From Catajapyx aquilonaris (taxonomy: Eukaryota): a DNA stretch of 63,978 nucleotides. The notes below the pieces were generated by a model. The model was not told where the DNA came from, searched no databases, and saw only the letters and a list, made by a program, of their open reading frames with translations. Positions 12,901-27,900 of this stretch are shown here, piece after piece. The position numbers and the translations under genes are program-made. Numbering within the stretch: the first letter of the stretch is position 1; every line of letters begins with the position of its first letter. Where the stretch lies: NCBI GenBank assembly GCA_000934665.2, contig KZ538488.1:1-63978 (forward strand). The letters are read 5' to 3'.

Positions 12901-15900
12901 ATATTTTTAAAGTTATAGCATTCTCACTTTTTTGCACGTCAATGCTAGTCTCCGGCGTTGCCTTGGCTTGGAAGAGTTACACCATTGATTTTTTTGCGCT
13001 CGTTTCTTTGCCACGGAGCTGCTTTCATAGGTGGAAAAAAAGTCGCTTAAAATTACTATTGTAATATTTTTCTGAACCTGACTTTATCCCTGGTGCACTC
13101 AGTAGTTAACCAAATTCATGAACTCAATCTGGCGTGGCAAATGCTGGGAAATATTACAATGTTTCACCGCTTGTATAACCGGGCGTGTTCAGTACAGCAT
13201 GAGGTCGGCGGATTCATAATAATAAGGTTCATCCCACAATGATGTAATAAATGTCATGAATGCATGTAATCCTGCTTGTTACCAGCAGGAGTTTGGCTAG
13301 CCTCCATTGCATGGCAATCATATAAATAAAGGACTTTTTTTCTAACATTTGCATGCAAAATGCATTAGGTTTAACTGCTATACACAGCACAGTATGTTAC
13401 TATTGTACTACTAAACAATAAATAAATTAATAAATAAATAAATTAATAAATAAATTCGGCAAGTTCTTCTTGTTGTACTGTACAAACATGACAACTAAAC
13501 GTTTCTAACTCTTGGCATATGGTCTGCATCACTTGCGATTCGCATTATTTTGTGTGGTAGTGTACAAAATCGGCCTCCTTAATGTCTTCTTCCTCTCGAC
13601 TCTCGTTATTTATGAATGCACTTTGAGTTTTTTGGCCGAAATACGTCATGAACAGGATTATTTTAGCTTACTCAACTTATATTCCGCTGGAATAACCCTG
13701 TTTTGCAATTTATCACGGATATGACTCGCCGATGATTTCTAGGATAAAATTAACTCTCAGAATTTCCTGTCCGAGATCAGTGTAAATCACAGTCCTATAT
13801 TTTTAGCAAAGTTATGAATGGAGCTCAAACCGGAACTAATTCTGAGATGCGAAGTAAACAAATATTTCCATGGCGCCCAGACTTTTTTTTTGCCAAAAAG
13901 GGGGTCAACTTAAACAGTGTTAGAATCAAACTTTCTGATTGCACTTTTGTAGGAGACATTGTTTAGTCTATAGTTAGAGTTATGAGGTAGTGAGTTACGG
14001 TTTAAAACCTTGCTGACAGATACATCATCACCTTCTCAAAAAGCGTGAGGCCAAATTGAAAACGAGATCCGCAGATTTTTGAACTCGTTCCACGAAACTT
14101 TTTTTTTCCAATGGGACTTCCATCTTTTCTCCTGGCGAAAAACCGAACCCCCGTCGTTCCACCAAACTGATTGGCCGTCACTCGCCATGAGAAGTAAACT
14201 GATGGAGCGTTACTCGCCCAATTACTTTTCCACTGTCAAAGCAACATGGGCCCTTCAACACCAACTGAAAAAAAAAAGTTGTTGTTGTTTTTCGTAAATT
14301 TTTACACGGTTTGTCAATTACACCTTCAAGCAATCCATCTTAGTTGGAAAAGTTGCTACTATTTGCAATGGCGTTTTCACCTTGATCGAGTGCTGCTGGA
14401 TTGTCCATAACATTTTTTTAGCTGTTTTTCACCGACATTGGTTGTCATGCGCCACAGTTCATCGACTTCTAAAGTGCCACTTTGCAGTCACCACACTTTA
14501 TCGCGTACTGACAACAAGTGCGGCTCGTAATAATAACAGGGTCGGTATTGAACCGTGGTATAAAAGCACGGTACACTCGACAGACTCGCACGTTTGTGTT
14601 ACGAAACCTGGGGTAATCTTCGCCTGTGCTGAGGATGACAGATGACTTAAGAGTTGCCGATAAAATCAATACCACTTTTTTGCATAATAGGAAGACGCGA
14701 AGAGACGGCAGGCATGAACCGCACCCTTCCAAGATGTTACATCAGGAGTGTAAGAAGAGGCACGTAATTATGAACTCTGACACACTTTCGTGTTTACCAT
14801 CCTGATGCTGTCTAAAAAAAAAAGATGGATGTGTTGATGATTATGCATACCTTCTTATCCTGGTACATCTGCAACACTGACCGTGGAAGCCATCCAGGTT
14901 GCGTCATTCTAGGATATGGCCACAAATGGACGTCATTTTGTTTTCCCGTGTTGGAGACAATCTCTTTGTCTTGCACCGAGTGTATGTCGGCGGAGGCATG
15001 TGATCTGGGCACTGCTAAGTCAATAACAGGGTTCATTGCTATTGTGGTCACGTCACACTTCACATCTGTTTTCGTTTACGATGCTGGGAGAAGAGTGGGA
15101 TTGAAGAGAAGGGGGGACCCCATCCTACGTGTATGCCATGATAGTACAGGCTTTGCCCATTCCTAGCTGCTAGATCGTACCATTTTTGCTCCAGATTTGA
15201 TTGTAAATGAGGATTCTCAAGGTTCATAGGACGTGACGTGACGCGACAATGCGACAAATTAATTCTCTCTGGCTTTTAAAAATCTGGGGTGGTTTGTTTG
15301 TCCAGAGCTTGCACCCATGCGGTGGACTAATGGCTGGGGGGGACAGCTTACATGTGGAAACGCGTGTTGGCCAGAAAATTGGCCTGGAATGATGCCATAT
15401 TCTTAGGTCTGATGGAGACATCTTCCTGGGCAGGAATGAGGGAATGAAGGAGGAATGGCCCTCTTTTCTGTGGAGGAAAATTCCAAGGCACATGGAATGA
15501 CCTCTCCCCAAAAATGGGCGTACTTTCAGTTGGGGGATTTTCCGCTGATGTGGCTTCTTGGGAAGGGTTGGTCCATTACACTAGGCAATATTGATGCAAT
15601 GGATGTTTCAGAATGTGTTGATTTTTTTCTACAACTTTCGAGGAGCCACAGGATTACATGTTAGTGCCACTGTTTACATGAGCGACAATTTCAATGTATA
15701 AATTAATTTTTTTTCCAAAATTACGCGACTAATATGACATCGGCTGAATCCGTCTAAACGTACGATTAATTCGACGCAATGCATAAAATTTTGTCTCATT
15801 ACCCGTGTCAATTACAGGCTCCAGCGATGCGTCATTAATAACTCTCTGAAATGACATCGCGTCGCTCTTTACCGATTCGAAGTTATGGCTTCTCTTTTTG

Positions 15901-18900
15901 TGCCATCGATGGGTCATTCATTTGTAGGCCAATTAGCAGCAAATTAATAACAGGTTTGCGACTGGCACATGGCAAAAAAATGGTCATTAGTGTCGATGAG
16001 ACACTGAGCAGAAGCAATAGATTTCTTGCAATTAGAGGCGTGGTCCAGACGCGACCAAATGATTAAGAATTGCGACTCGGGTGACCTCTGGCCATCATGT
16101 GACACCTTTCTAAAGGCCGAAAAATTGGCATTGGTTTATCCAAAAGGTCATTAAGAGCTGTAAAAGAGGCCAATGGGAGGGACGATGAATAATTATCGCC
16201 CTGGTGTCCCCTTTCCCATGGATCTGTGCACGTGTCAAATTGATTACGCCAGTGTTAATTTGTACTGGTCATGATACCTGCACGATAACGCGATTGAATC
16301 GCTGATTTTTTTTTCTTCGAAAAGGGAGTTGCCAAGAAGAAATTCATGTCAAACAATGGTGCAGTTTTTTTTAATTAAAACCTTTTACTTTGAAGTATAC
16401 ATAGGCAGGTAGATGATTTTGTGGCTCCCAATTTTGGGTATGGATTGCAAGGATCATAAACCGCCATGTTAGGAAGTTCCGTCCAGAAACCGCGACGATA
16501 TGACCAGAAACCGCGTTTCCGATAGCACCACAGGGTCCAAAAGCAATGACGACACCCTGTTTTATGTTCCACATCTACCGGGTGTCAGCTTCAAAAGTGG
16601 AATCTGCACTTGAGAGCCTCGCTGCGTCGTCAACAAGTCTCGAAACCTGCTTTGAAGAGGAAGAGGTCCGAGCACTTTGGCAGCATTGAAAAGCGAAGGC
16701 GTAAAAGAACGGCCCCAATTTGGCCCTTGGCTCCCTGCTTTTTTGGGTGGAAACAAGATGGATGATGTCCCAGATTGCATGATTGTCTGCACCCGGATTT
16801 ACCACCTCTTTTGTGTGGAGGTAGCGCCTGCAATTGGCATTCGTATAATCCCCTTCTTTCTTGTCCCGGAGGAGAAGAGGCATATCAACAAATCCATTCT
16901 GGACCCCCAGCTTGCTTGGTCCAAATCCCAAAATTGAATGTGGAGTACAAAGGGTGCTTATCTCCACTCCACAAAATTTGTCGACTAATTAGAGCGGATT
17001 CTGCATCTTGTTGCGACGCTTTATCATCCGCTAGGGAGACAAAACCTAGGCTGGGTTTTTTGGGGAGAGATCCCCCTGGCCGAAAGGCTCCTTTATGGGA
17101 CGGAAATAGTCAACAAGATACGCCATTATTCCGAAATAGCCAATTAACGTTGAATGAAGACCCAACCAGGCAGGAAACCCTTGGCAACAAATTCTAGCTC
17201 CTTTTCAAAATAACCAGCATAATGCACGTGCAGATAACACTAACACCCTTTCGGTAAAAATGAACCACTCTGTGAAAAAAACAGCAACAACTAGAACCAT
17301 TGTTAGAAAAAAAAAGTTAGAAAAAAGAAAAAAGAACAGCTATAGTAAAGGAAGGCGTCTAGATCCATTTTCTGCCTTGGAGTTAATGTCACGTCGTGCC
17401 TCGTAAAGTCGAGCGGGTATGAAATTATTAATGTGATGAAGAAAAGGCGGAGTTTGTCGGCAATAAAGCCGCCGTCCTCAGAATCTAGAACATGATGATC
17501 CTTCTACACCCTGCCTTCAAACGTATAATATGAACTGTGTCCAAATATAGATTTAGAACTAACTCTGAAAGTGACGAGCAAGCGAACAGCAAGTTCCTCT
17601 TAATAAAACAATAAATGGCTTATGTAACATGTCGTACAAAATAGCATCAGGTGTAAAATATTTGCGAATATTTCCTCTGAGTCGGCTATATAAACACATG
17701 GAATCTTCACCCTCTTCAGCTCAACCCCTTTCCTCCGCCTATTTATAAATAGTTCGGCGTGCTTATATTTGAAGCAGCGCAACGGCAGATTTGAAATCGC
17801 AACGCCCCATATCATTATGGCCAAATTTAGACCATGAGGAAAAGAGGCCGCTTCGTAAAAGGCTAGCCGGTATCTCAAACACTGTCAACATTGCCCTAAA
17901 CTGTAAGGACAACATACCATCCTATAACACTATGTTGATGACTAAGGTGCGAAGAGGCATTCGAAGATCCTTTTCAAAAAAGTAACGATGCCGCCCGGAC
18001 ATTTCAGGTCGTCCCTGGCAATCTGAGCGGACTCTTTTTATTCGCTGCCGTGACAACCGCTAACGCGCCAATCAACTACACGTTTCATTTCCAGCGTTTC
18101 CGTGCTTGATATCCACGGTCAACACTCACGGAATGGGAGCCACCGAGCTTAATGGCCCTTGTCATGATGAACTCAAGCCTGACAGGACAAAACCGAGTCG
18201 ACCAACCCTTGTATCACCTGATAGGACCAAAACACCGAGGATCTCAACCGGATGATTTTAATTTAATCGGTTTAGACTCGCATCTTTCTAACGGATATCA
18301 TTGGCTGTACAGTACACGTGAAAACCACGTACATGTTACAAAATTTTGATAAAACTGCACCTCCGCTCTGGAACTACTTGGCCCTATAACATCTTCCCCC
18401 CCTTGGCGGATGGATAGCTCTAAGGAACTACTTTCTCGCAGTGTAGCCAGATGCGGAAATTTTAAAGTTCAGACTTAACGCGATTGACTATTTATTTTGG
18501 GTTAGAAGGCTTCCAGTATGCATGTCTTTCAACATGTAAATTTTTTTGCGAGTCCTCCAGAGGCCAGAATGACACGAGTTTGCAATTTACTGGGCGTTGC
18601 ATATCAATTTGTTCATTAGCATTTAATCCGGCATGGGGCCTCCGATCGCTACATAGACCATACCGGGTACGTGTATGTAAGTCGGGCGGTGTTAAGATCT
18701 AAGCTTGGCCGTGTTTTTCTTTTTGCTTCACCCGGTCGTAAACTTCCAAGCAGGGCGTGGCGCATTTGCGAACGGGCCTTTTTTTTTGCGATTATTTTTT
18801 ATCGCTCTCCGTTAGCCACACCATGCACAAGCAACAGATTTTGCATGCACCCGTCAAGTCAGTGTTCGTCATGTTTGGAAATAGTCAGTGTTTAGCCAAC

Positions 18901-21900
18901 CATAATCAACCTGCAATTTGTGTTCACAAGTGCACATGTCTGCATTTCATCATAAATCAAATAACAAATAACTGATGGCAATTTATAACATAAATGTGTG
19001 TTTTGTGTAGTCAAATTTTTACATTTTTAGGTAAATATTTGATATTTGTATGCCCTATAGAACGAGGTTTTTTAACAAATATTTGAATATTTCGCATTTT
19101 GAGCGTCATAGTATCTGCAAATATCCAGTTTGTCGCAAATGCTTCACAAATCATAAATAATTTTGCAAATGAGAAATACCATAAAGTCGGCCATTTTTAA
19201 AATTGTTTTACATTGTACCTGCAATTAGTTCCCACTGAGTTCCCATAGTTTGTACCTGCAATTAGTAAGTTTTCCATCGTTTGTACCCAGCATGCAACTA
19301 TCCTATATCTGTCTGAATATGACGTCAAGAATTTCAGGCTCATTGTTAAGCTCGAATTATGAGCATCTCGCATGTAAATGAGTTTGTAGTGAAACTGCGG
19401 CTATCTGAATCGCGTGTGAAAGCCAAGAGTGACCTTTGTAGGTCTGACACTGGAAAGGTGGAGCTGAGAAACGGCCGGCAGTAAAAGGATTTGGGCAAAG
19501 GCACACCATCCTTGGTTGGCTGCCTTATTAGACCTAGGTCCCGATTCGTCCTTTGTTTTATTGCACAAGACAAGGAGGAGCCATTTTCCTTTTCTCCGGA
19601 GAGAGAGAAAGGAAATCTTGGGGTAATGATCGCAGCCAAGGCTCTTCCCGGATTCGAGAATAACCCAGGGTACACTCAATTCTATGTGGGAATCCGGACC
19701 CACTAAATCATCCAGCCAGCTGACAGATTTTTTATACATTCCTCTCAAAACTTTGCAAGCTAATGTAATCATTCATCGTATATTTCAGTCTCTGGAGCGT
19801 AATAACTCACTCTACTTTTGATGTTTGCTCTTTAAAAGTTACTTCAATTAACCGCGATTTTGTGCTCAAAAATGTTCACTGTAGTAATTATATAAAAATC
19901 GACTCAAGTCGTCACTACATCAAAAAATTTATAAATTAAAATAATAAATATAATCAAAATGTAAATCTGACTAGTTGAGATTAGTTCCATCAATTAAAAA
20001 TATTCAATACGGTACGTAGAAAAGCCATAGAATTTAACATAGTGCCAATACCCTGGAAGTGATCCAAGTGAATGCCTAATTTAATTGATCATAAAGTACT
20101 TCGAGATCCGTTAAAACTCTGAGACAAACTTTTGGCGTAAATCAAGCCGCTTTTTCTCTCGCCAGTATAGTGATTTATAGCGACTATGTGACCCCGTCTC
20201 CGCAAAAAAAAGAAGGGTTATATTTACTTTGGACGCCTACCATACACCTTTCGTCCTCCTTTTACGGAAGCGTCTCCTTCACTTGCATTCAATTCAGTTT
20301 CAACGATTCATTGAAATGCAAAAAAAATATGTAAAAATCGTGGATATAATTTCATTTTGATTAATCCATAAAGTTCGGTTGAAATTACCGAACTTTTAGG
20401 CGGAAAATAATTTGCTATTATATCGCCATTCATCATTAAGTATTCCGCCTGGTTGTCTTTAAGTGAAAATGATTTTTCGCCAAATCTCTTAATGAGGATT
20501 CTTGAGCGGATCAGCCTCACTTTGAATACATTCCAAGTAGGAAAGTACACAGTTGGCACAAATGCGAAAAGGAAATTGCATTGCATCAACTTTCTCTGAG
20601 CCTTTTGTTATAAAATTTTTTCGCCTTTCCAATCCCATCGTCTTGCAAAATCCAACCATTTGTAATTGCGGCCGACTTAATTAAACCCTTTACTTCCCGC
20701 CTCCAGTAAATGAACAGCAATGTGCGCAATTTATTTTCTCGCTGGATATACCGGAGGTTGAAAGTTCATGTTGCAGCTTTGCCAAAGCTTGTTTACACTG
20801 TTGGGTTGTACACATCTCGTATTGTGCTGAATGTGTTATTGAATTTTGCATACATTCGACGAATTACCAGAAGTTGAAAAAAAATCGACGTCGACGTTTT
20901 TTTGGAGGTCGTTCACCCAAGGACCCCCCGATCTTTATCCGTCGGACCATAAAAATGCCATTGCTAGCAGGCAGCATCAGCATGTCCGCATAACACTCCT
21001 GGATAACAATGCCTAGATATAAAGTTCCCTTTTCACCCACACCCTTTGGCATTTTCACTCCTCATTCTTTCCTTATCCGGAGCTATGTCTTTTTCTACAG
21101 GGTTGAAAAAAGCAACGGGCATTTTTTGGAGTGAGGTCCGGTTTCTTCTTCCCAAAAGCTTAGGCCCTCCCTAACCTAGGATAAGGAACATCTGTGCCGT
21201 CAGCATCATTCTTTCACAAAAATCGATGTGGAAAGACCGGGGGTCTGAAAGCCTTAAATTTGTCAGGCGCGGAGCCACGAATTCTACTTACGGTCAAATG
21301 CACCATTAATTTCACTTGTGAACAGGGCTTTTCCACCGAGGTTTTTACCCTCAGTCCGGATATATTATTCAGGAGGTTTGAAACCAGGGGACCTGGCACT
21401 TTCTGGCTTGTGTATATCGCTTTGAGATGCTGGGATTTTCGGCGCTAATCGTATTGTACCTAGTTGAGGCTACATTGCGGTGTACGATAACTAAGTTTAT
21501 GGGTCTGTACGTAGTCCTAGGTCAGATTTCTACTGCTGTACAGTCCGTTAAGCGAAAGAACGATCTGACGTCACGTTCAGGCCGCCTCCACCAGCCTCTT
21601 CTCTCCAATCACGTCCCCGAATCACGCGCATGCTCAGAAAACACCGGCTGCTGTGACGTCAGATCGTTCTCTCGTTTAACGGACTGTAGAAGTATACTAA
21701 AAGCAGGTTCATAATTATTTTAATCAACTACACATCAACACCATGCACCTCCCATTTAAAAAAAATTGCAAATTATTTTTTAAAGTCCTTGTGGCATTCA
21801 ATATCTATAAAGTGCGAAGTTTCAATCCAGCTCTAAGTTACGTACTATTAGAGGCATATATTTTCGCAAACAAGCTAGATCCAAATCTAGACCAGATCTA

Positions 21901-24900
21901 CCCGAAAGCTACTGTATAACACTCCTTATCTACAAAAAAAATTTGCAATCGCCAATTCGAAACCTACTAATCGGCCGCTCCCTATATTGTTTCAAATCCG
22001 CACGACAAGTCGTAAAGCACCAATAGGCTTGGCACACACTTGAAACAAGACCTGCTGAGAAAATAAGAGAACACCTCCGCCCTTTTGCGAAAAAAGACAC
22101 GTATCTCCATCCAGATGGGTTGCAGATAATGAGGCAGGCAAAAGGGGTGGAGCTGCTTACATGTACATTTGGCCTGTCGCAATTAGCCTACTTGATGTGC
22201 ATACTGGGGAGGAAACGAAAACCTGTATCTGAAAAAAAAAATTACATTGTATCACCTGTCTGCCACGCACAAACTTGGTGCGTATCGAGTATGCAAATCC
22301 CGAAAATACGAGCACGATGTGGGTGAGATTTACAGTGTTTCTAACTCAAACTGGAAACAGTGTGGAAGGTCTGAGAACACTTTTAAAAAAAAAATTCCAA
22401 AAAAATGTGATGCCGGTCTTGGTTATTTAGAGCCCTTAAAGCCTCCTGTTCTGACTTTAATGAACCGAGCTGTCGACTTTAATCGTGAGTGGTTGCCAGT
22501 AGCGTATTAAACTAACAAGGACTTGCAGGGCTAATATTGAAATTAGAAATAAGGGAAAACGGAATTATAAATCGAGCTTGTCAGTTGCTTGCATAACTGA
22601 TGCGGACAACGAACTGTTGTGACATATAAGCATCGTGTTTAATCGATCAAAAGCCCAAAGATTCAGTTAGCCATGTACAAGGTGTCACACACAAAAAAAT
22701 CTGTAACAATTTGGAAATTTTTTTTAAAATAAATGTGATCGTCCACTTTGTAAGCTGAACACAGCTTTATTGTATAGCATCCCATTTTGGGAAGGACCAA
22801 TCTAAGCTTGACTTCATTACCGTCTTGAAACTCACCACGGCTCCTAAGGTTACAGGTCATAAATTTCGCTTAATTTAATTCTCAGCACCCGTAACGAGGC
22901 CAGACCTTATCTCCTCATAATGTCCTTTAGGTTAATTGAAAGTTTGCGCCGTTTTCCTACTGGGAGCATAAATCAAGAGGCCACATACGTCACTGTCCAC
23001 TACTCGGTTGGGGTGTAGGTAAAACTAGAGGAATGTTGATTTATGGACAGCCGCACAGGTAATTCCAGCTTGGCAAAAATTTTTGCAGGTGCGAGTTATG
23101 GCGGCGCATCGCGAATTCTTATTTCCGCATAAATATTTATGCAGTGTGCCCCCACAGCTTCACATGCGAAAACGTCCTGTGATTTATCCCTTCCGTTTCT
23201 CTAAGGCACCCAAGATTTGCATTACGGAACCTGCAATATGTTTCTTTCCCCACACACAAAAAATGACACTATAATTCTGAAATATGATTATCCGAATCGG
23301 AGAAGACCACGACATATTCGCGAAATGGCTTTTAGCGCGCAAATTGAACCGCACAATGTCATATGTTGACGACAGCCGTGTTTGTCATAAGTTCTGGCAC
23401 ACACATTCCCAACATAAATTCCACACAATATTATTAGGTTGGACCACACATCCGTCTCCACATATTAAAATGTATAAGTCCATATATGGAAATCTGGTTC
23501 CCCATTGAATCTGGGATGATATACAGCATTTTTTTTTTCATTCCAGCCCAGCAGCTATCGATATATTGGTTCTGCTGGCAAACCCTGTCGAGCAATGCCC
23601 TCAGTTGTCCGGGCCATGACTATAGATCTTTTCCAGCCTCCTGATCAGGATCACGATCATGACGGGGCGACCGGTGCTTTTATAACGTTCCGAGCTCTAT
23701 CCTAAATACCAGTGTGTGGGTAGTAGTTTGCCCGGATATATGCATATTGCATTAGGAGCATTTCCATGTAACATATGCAAGTTTTTGTGTGTATATGCCA
23801 ATCAAACGTGATTGTTCCCAATTTGCATCCGGTGTTGATTAAAATCCGGGGTGGAACCGTTTTGCTGCGACAGTGGCTCAAATTGGGTTTTTTTCCAGCA
23901 AGAAGTCGATCATTAATTTATATTACGGGACATGCACCTGTAAATGCCAGTCTGTCACATATGGCGGATGTGTCGCAATTTTTTTAAAAAAGTCAGGTGA
24001 CAAATTGGATGGGAGGTGGCTCAGGCAAATAATGGGCAACAAAGGGGGTTGCCAGCTGCATGGTCGTTAATCACTATTAAAATGGGTCTTTTAACCCTAA
24101 TTAAATTTTTTACACAAACTGCAGCTAACTTGCAGGTTGTAACGGACACTACAGCTATGTTTAGTCAGAAGTTAAGACGGAAATCAGTAGATGGCGCACG
24201 CTGTTTTCTTCCGAAATTCTATAGCGTTTTTATTGGCTACTTACCATGCAATTTATTCCCAATTTGTCTACTGAATATCGTTCAACAAGTGACCATTCTC
24301 AGACACCCACACTTTGACCTGACCTGTCCCAAGAGCTCCATGTTTTCAGATCCCGGATTTTTCCTCCAGGCTTCAAATCTGTTATGGATCCAACGCTCTC
24401 TCAGCCATTTTTTCTCCCACCCTTTTACTGTGATCCATCTGTAACCCCGATAGCACCAGCTCTATTCCTTTGTGCTGCCCCCCCCCCCTCCANCCCCCCC
24501 CAAAAAAAAGGAAAAGGAAATAAAAAACTCTAAGAGCCCTAGACCTATTCCCACTCGCAGTCCATCTACCACAGGTGTTAGACTCTGGAGTAGATTTCGG
24601 TGTTTTTTTTGGAGAAGGATTTTGAACCGGAAAGAAGCCCGATTGTTGTCCAGAGTACGCTTTTTTATGCTCCAAAATCCAAATTATCATAAGAATGTAG
24701 CGGCCGGGCTAAGTGGAAAATTCTGGTTCTGAATGCGGCCATTTTTAATAAGTGTTTGACGTCTTTGCTTATTCGAATGATTGATACGTTGACAGACAGG
24801 AGAGTCGAAATGTTGATGTGAAGAAAGACGAATGGTAATGATTTTGTCAACGAAACAACCTCTTGATGGGCGTCGAAAAGAATGTTGAAATGCGGTTTCA

Positions 24901-27900
24901 CTTTGTGACAAGATGTTCCCAAAAAATATATATATTTCCTAATTGAGAAAACCTCCTTAATTTACGGCCCGATTTGGCAACATCTTATCTCAAGACATAA
25001 TCGGATAATTCAGGTGCATGACGTAATAACTGACTTTATGCTCATACTTTCACACCTGACCTAGCATCATCCCCCTTAATTTCCTTAAGTGACTTTTCCT
25101 GTCACAACTTCGTAGCGGCTCCTTAAAAGGATACAGTCATTGAACGAAAAAAGGTGCCCATTTACATATACCCTTTGATGTAAACACTGCCTACGAGCAA
25201 TTGAACCCTAATGACAAAAAGGTGTCTTGGCAAAGGAATAACAAGGCATAAAATGAGAGGCTTCAACCATGTTACATTGTGAAAGTTTTTTAACAAATTT
25301 TAAAAATATTTGTTAAATAGTGCTATATAGTACTATCCTAGCACATAACAAATATTGATTTTTACCGGCCATCTCCTGCGGGGGTGGGCTTTTGTTTCAC
25401 GTCTGGAAAATTCAGTTCATCAGCACCAATCCTGGAGGGTTTCGATCCTTGGGCTTTTGTCTTTGCCGCCAGCTGTGCCAACTCCTAGGCTCATCCTATT
25501 ACTTGCTTCCTCTGCAGGCTGACCTGGCCCAACAATACATCATCTCTATAACATTTTAAATTGCCATTTTAGGACCCTAGTCCCCCTCTAATGTGGCCAT
25601 TTCAAAGGATCTGTGCCAAGATTGATATATTGGGGGAGTGACTCGATAACTTTTAGTGGAAAGTTGTTAAATCATCTATATCACTGCCATTGAAATTGAC
25701 ATGACACACCCTGTACCCTGAAACCAGTTGAGGATAGAACGTCGCTTGGTATTAATTAAAGTGGCTACAGAGCTTAATCACAGTGTAGTAATCCCCCCAC
25801 ACTATTGATTTGGCTAAAGTACTTGGAGCTTGAGACATATTCAGTACTCGCACACATGTGAGCATGTGCATTGATTATAATTAAACAGCGGTGTGTGAGG
25901 AAGTTCTACTTGCGGCCGTGCAATCAATGCCTTGTATAAACGTGCTGACATGAAAGTACCGCCGTACCAAACATGCAACGTCAGTTTAACCCTCTCAATG
26001 AAACCGACATGTGAAGCAATCGTCGAGACAGACCAAATAGCCGTAATATCATGCAATTTTTTCTACTCTTGTTAAGGGGCGGCTCCTATGGTGTAATGCT
26101 AGTCTATAACAAAGTACGTCGAAAGAAAAAGAAAAAAAATCTATAAGACGGGCTCAAAAGCTAACGTCGACTGTGCCAACCATGAAAATATAGTATTTAT
26201 GGCGGTCTTGCAGAGTCTGGTTATGGCCATATAAACTTCCTGTAAAGGTTTACAGCCCCTGCTATAACTCGGTTTATTCTGTATTGTTAACTCTCTTTCT
26301 ATGAACTGCACGGTGTCTATTGTAACTCCGATATAACGACCTTCTTATAAAAACGCGCAACAAATTTGCATAAAATTCGCCCCAAATACGAAATACGCGT
26401 TTGTTTTTCAAGAATTTTTTAAAGTGGATGTCAAAATTTGACCCACCACAGGTCACCTTTCTACCTCCCACTCCTGATCGTCCCATAATAATCGCGCCTA
26501 ACATTTACGAGCCCAAAGCTCCATCCTACCCACCACCAAATCAAGCCGACATCTAATTTCCTTGGGCCCAAGAAACTTCGCCTCTTCTGTCACATTTACA
26601 ACCTGTTTTTTTTTTCTTCTCCAAACCCGTTTTTTCCCCCTTTCTAACCCTGTTTTTTTGTCCTTTTCCCCCCCTTTCTTTTTACGGCCGGTGTAAAGTG
26701 TCGGACCCCGAATCGCTCCTAGGAGAGCGGACAATTGCATCCAATTGTGGCAACGATTTGAATTTGGGCGCCACCTGGTAAAGTGTCCCAAGAGAATCTC
26801 GTCGCCGGATTCAGGCTCGACTCTATTAGGGGCAACAGGGGGGTCATTCTCGGTACGCTCCTGTGGTTAACGAGACTGCCCTTGCTGCTGCCTGGTAAAG
26901 TGTTTTGCAATTTTTTTTTTCTTCCGGTGGCTCTAGCGTGCGACAGAATACGAATGGCGGCTCAGGAAAAGGAGTAAGTGGAAATGCAATTTTGTGAATT
27001 ACACTTTGGAAGTGGAGGACCAACCTTTTAGGAGGGCCAAACCACTTCCAAAGCAACTGTGGTCTTGCACATTTAACCCTTGCGGTATGGCGGCTTAACA
27101 CACCAACCCTCACTAGATGGCAGGAGCGTACGTGTCTTTTGGTGGACCTAGAAGGAGGAGTAACTTTGTATGAAGTCGTGGGACGGCCTGGTTGCGGGTC
27201 GGTCGTAATAAAAAATTGCTCCAAACATATGTATTATTAGACCACGACCCTGAGTAACCTTGTGGGGTTAGGATGGATGACCTGAAGTCAACCCTGAAGC
27301 TCAAATTCAGCAAAACGCAAGCCCCTCAAGTAAAGTTTCCTCCAAAAAGAATTGTCCTCCATTTATTCGCGTGATGAGCTTTACGGCCTGTACAATAGGC
27401 TGTAAAATTTTCAATAGTAGCGGAAGAAACTCGGGGCAGGATTTTGTCGTAAACCTCGGCTAAATTGAGCAGGAGGGTTAAAGTTTTCATCTGAAGCCAT
27501 GACAGAGGCCATCCAACTTATTGCTGGATTTGCATACTTGCATGTTATAGTAACAACCATGGCTGGTGAACTAATCCTGAATTCTGGCAGGAGTGTGACC
27601 TATTAGTTGAGGGAGGAAGGCGCTAACGACCTAATTATAATGTCCGTCACGCGAAATTCATTAAGCTGGAGGAGCCTCAGGAGGAGATAGCAGCTATGAG
27701 AAGGGCGCCCTTCCCGCAAGTTCACTTCAGCGCCCTGATTAGGCATTTCCCAATTTACACTTACAATTCGGTCGGAAATTGCCAAACTCTAAGTTAACTC
27801 GACTAAAGTTAGCCCAATGTTTAATTCAGATTCGGATCATCAAAATTCAGAAAATATTGACGAAACACCTTGGGTGTGAACATTACACTTGAGGCAAGCA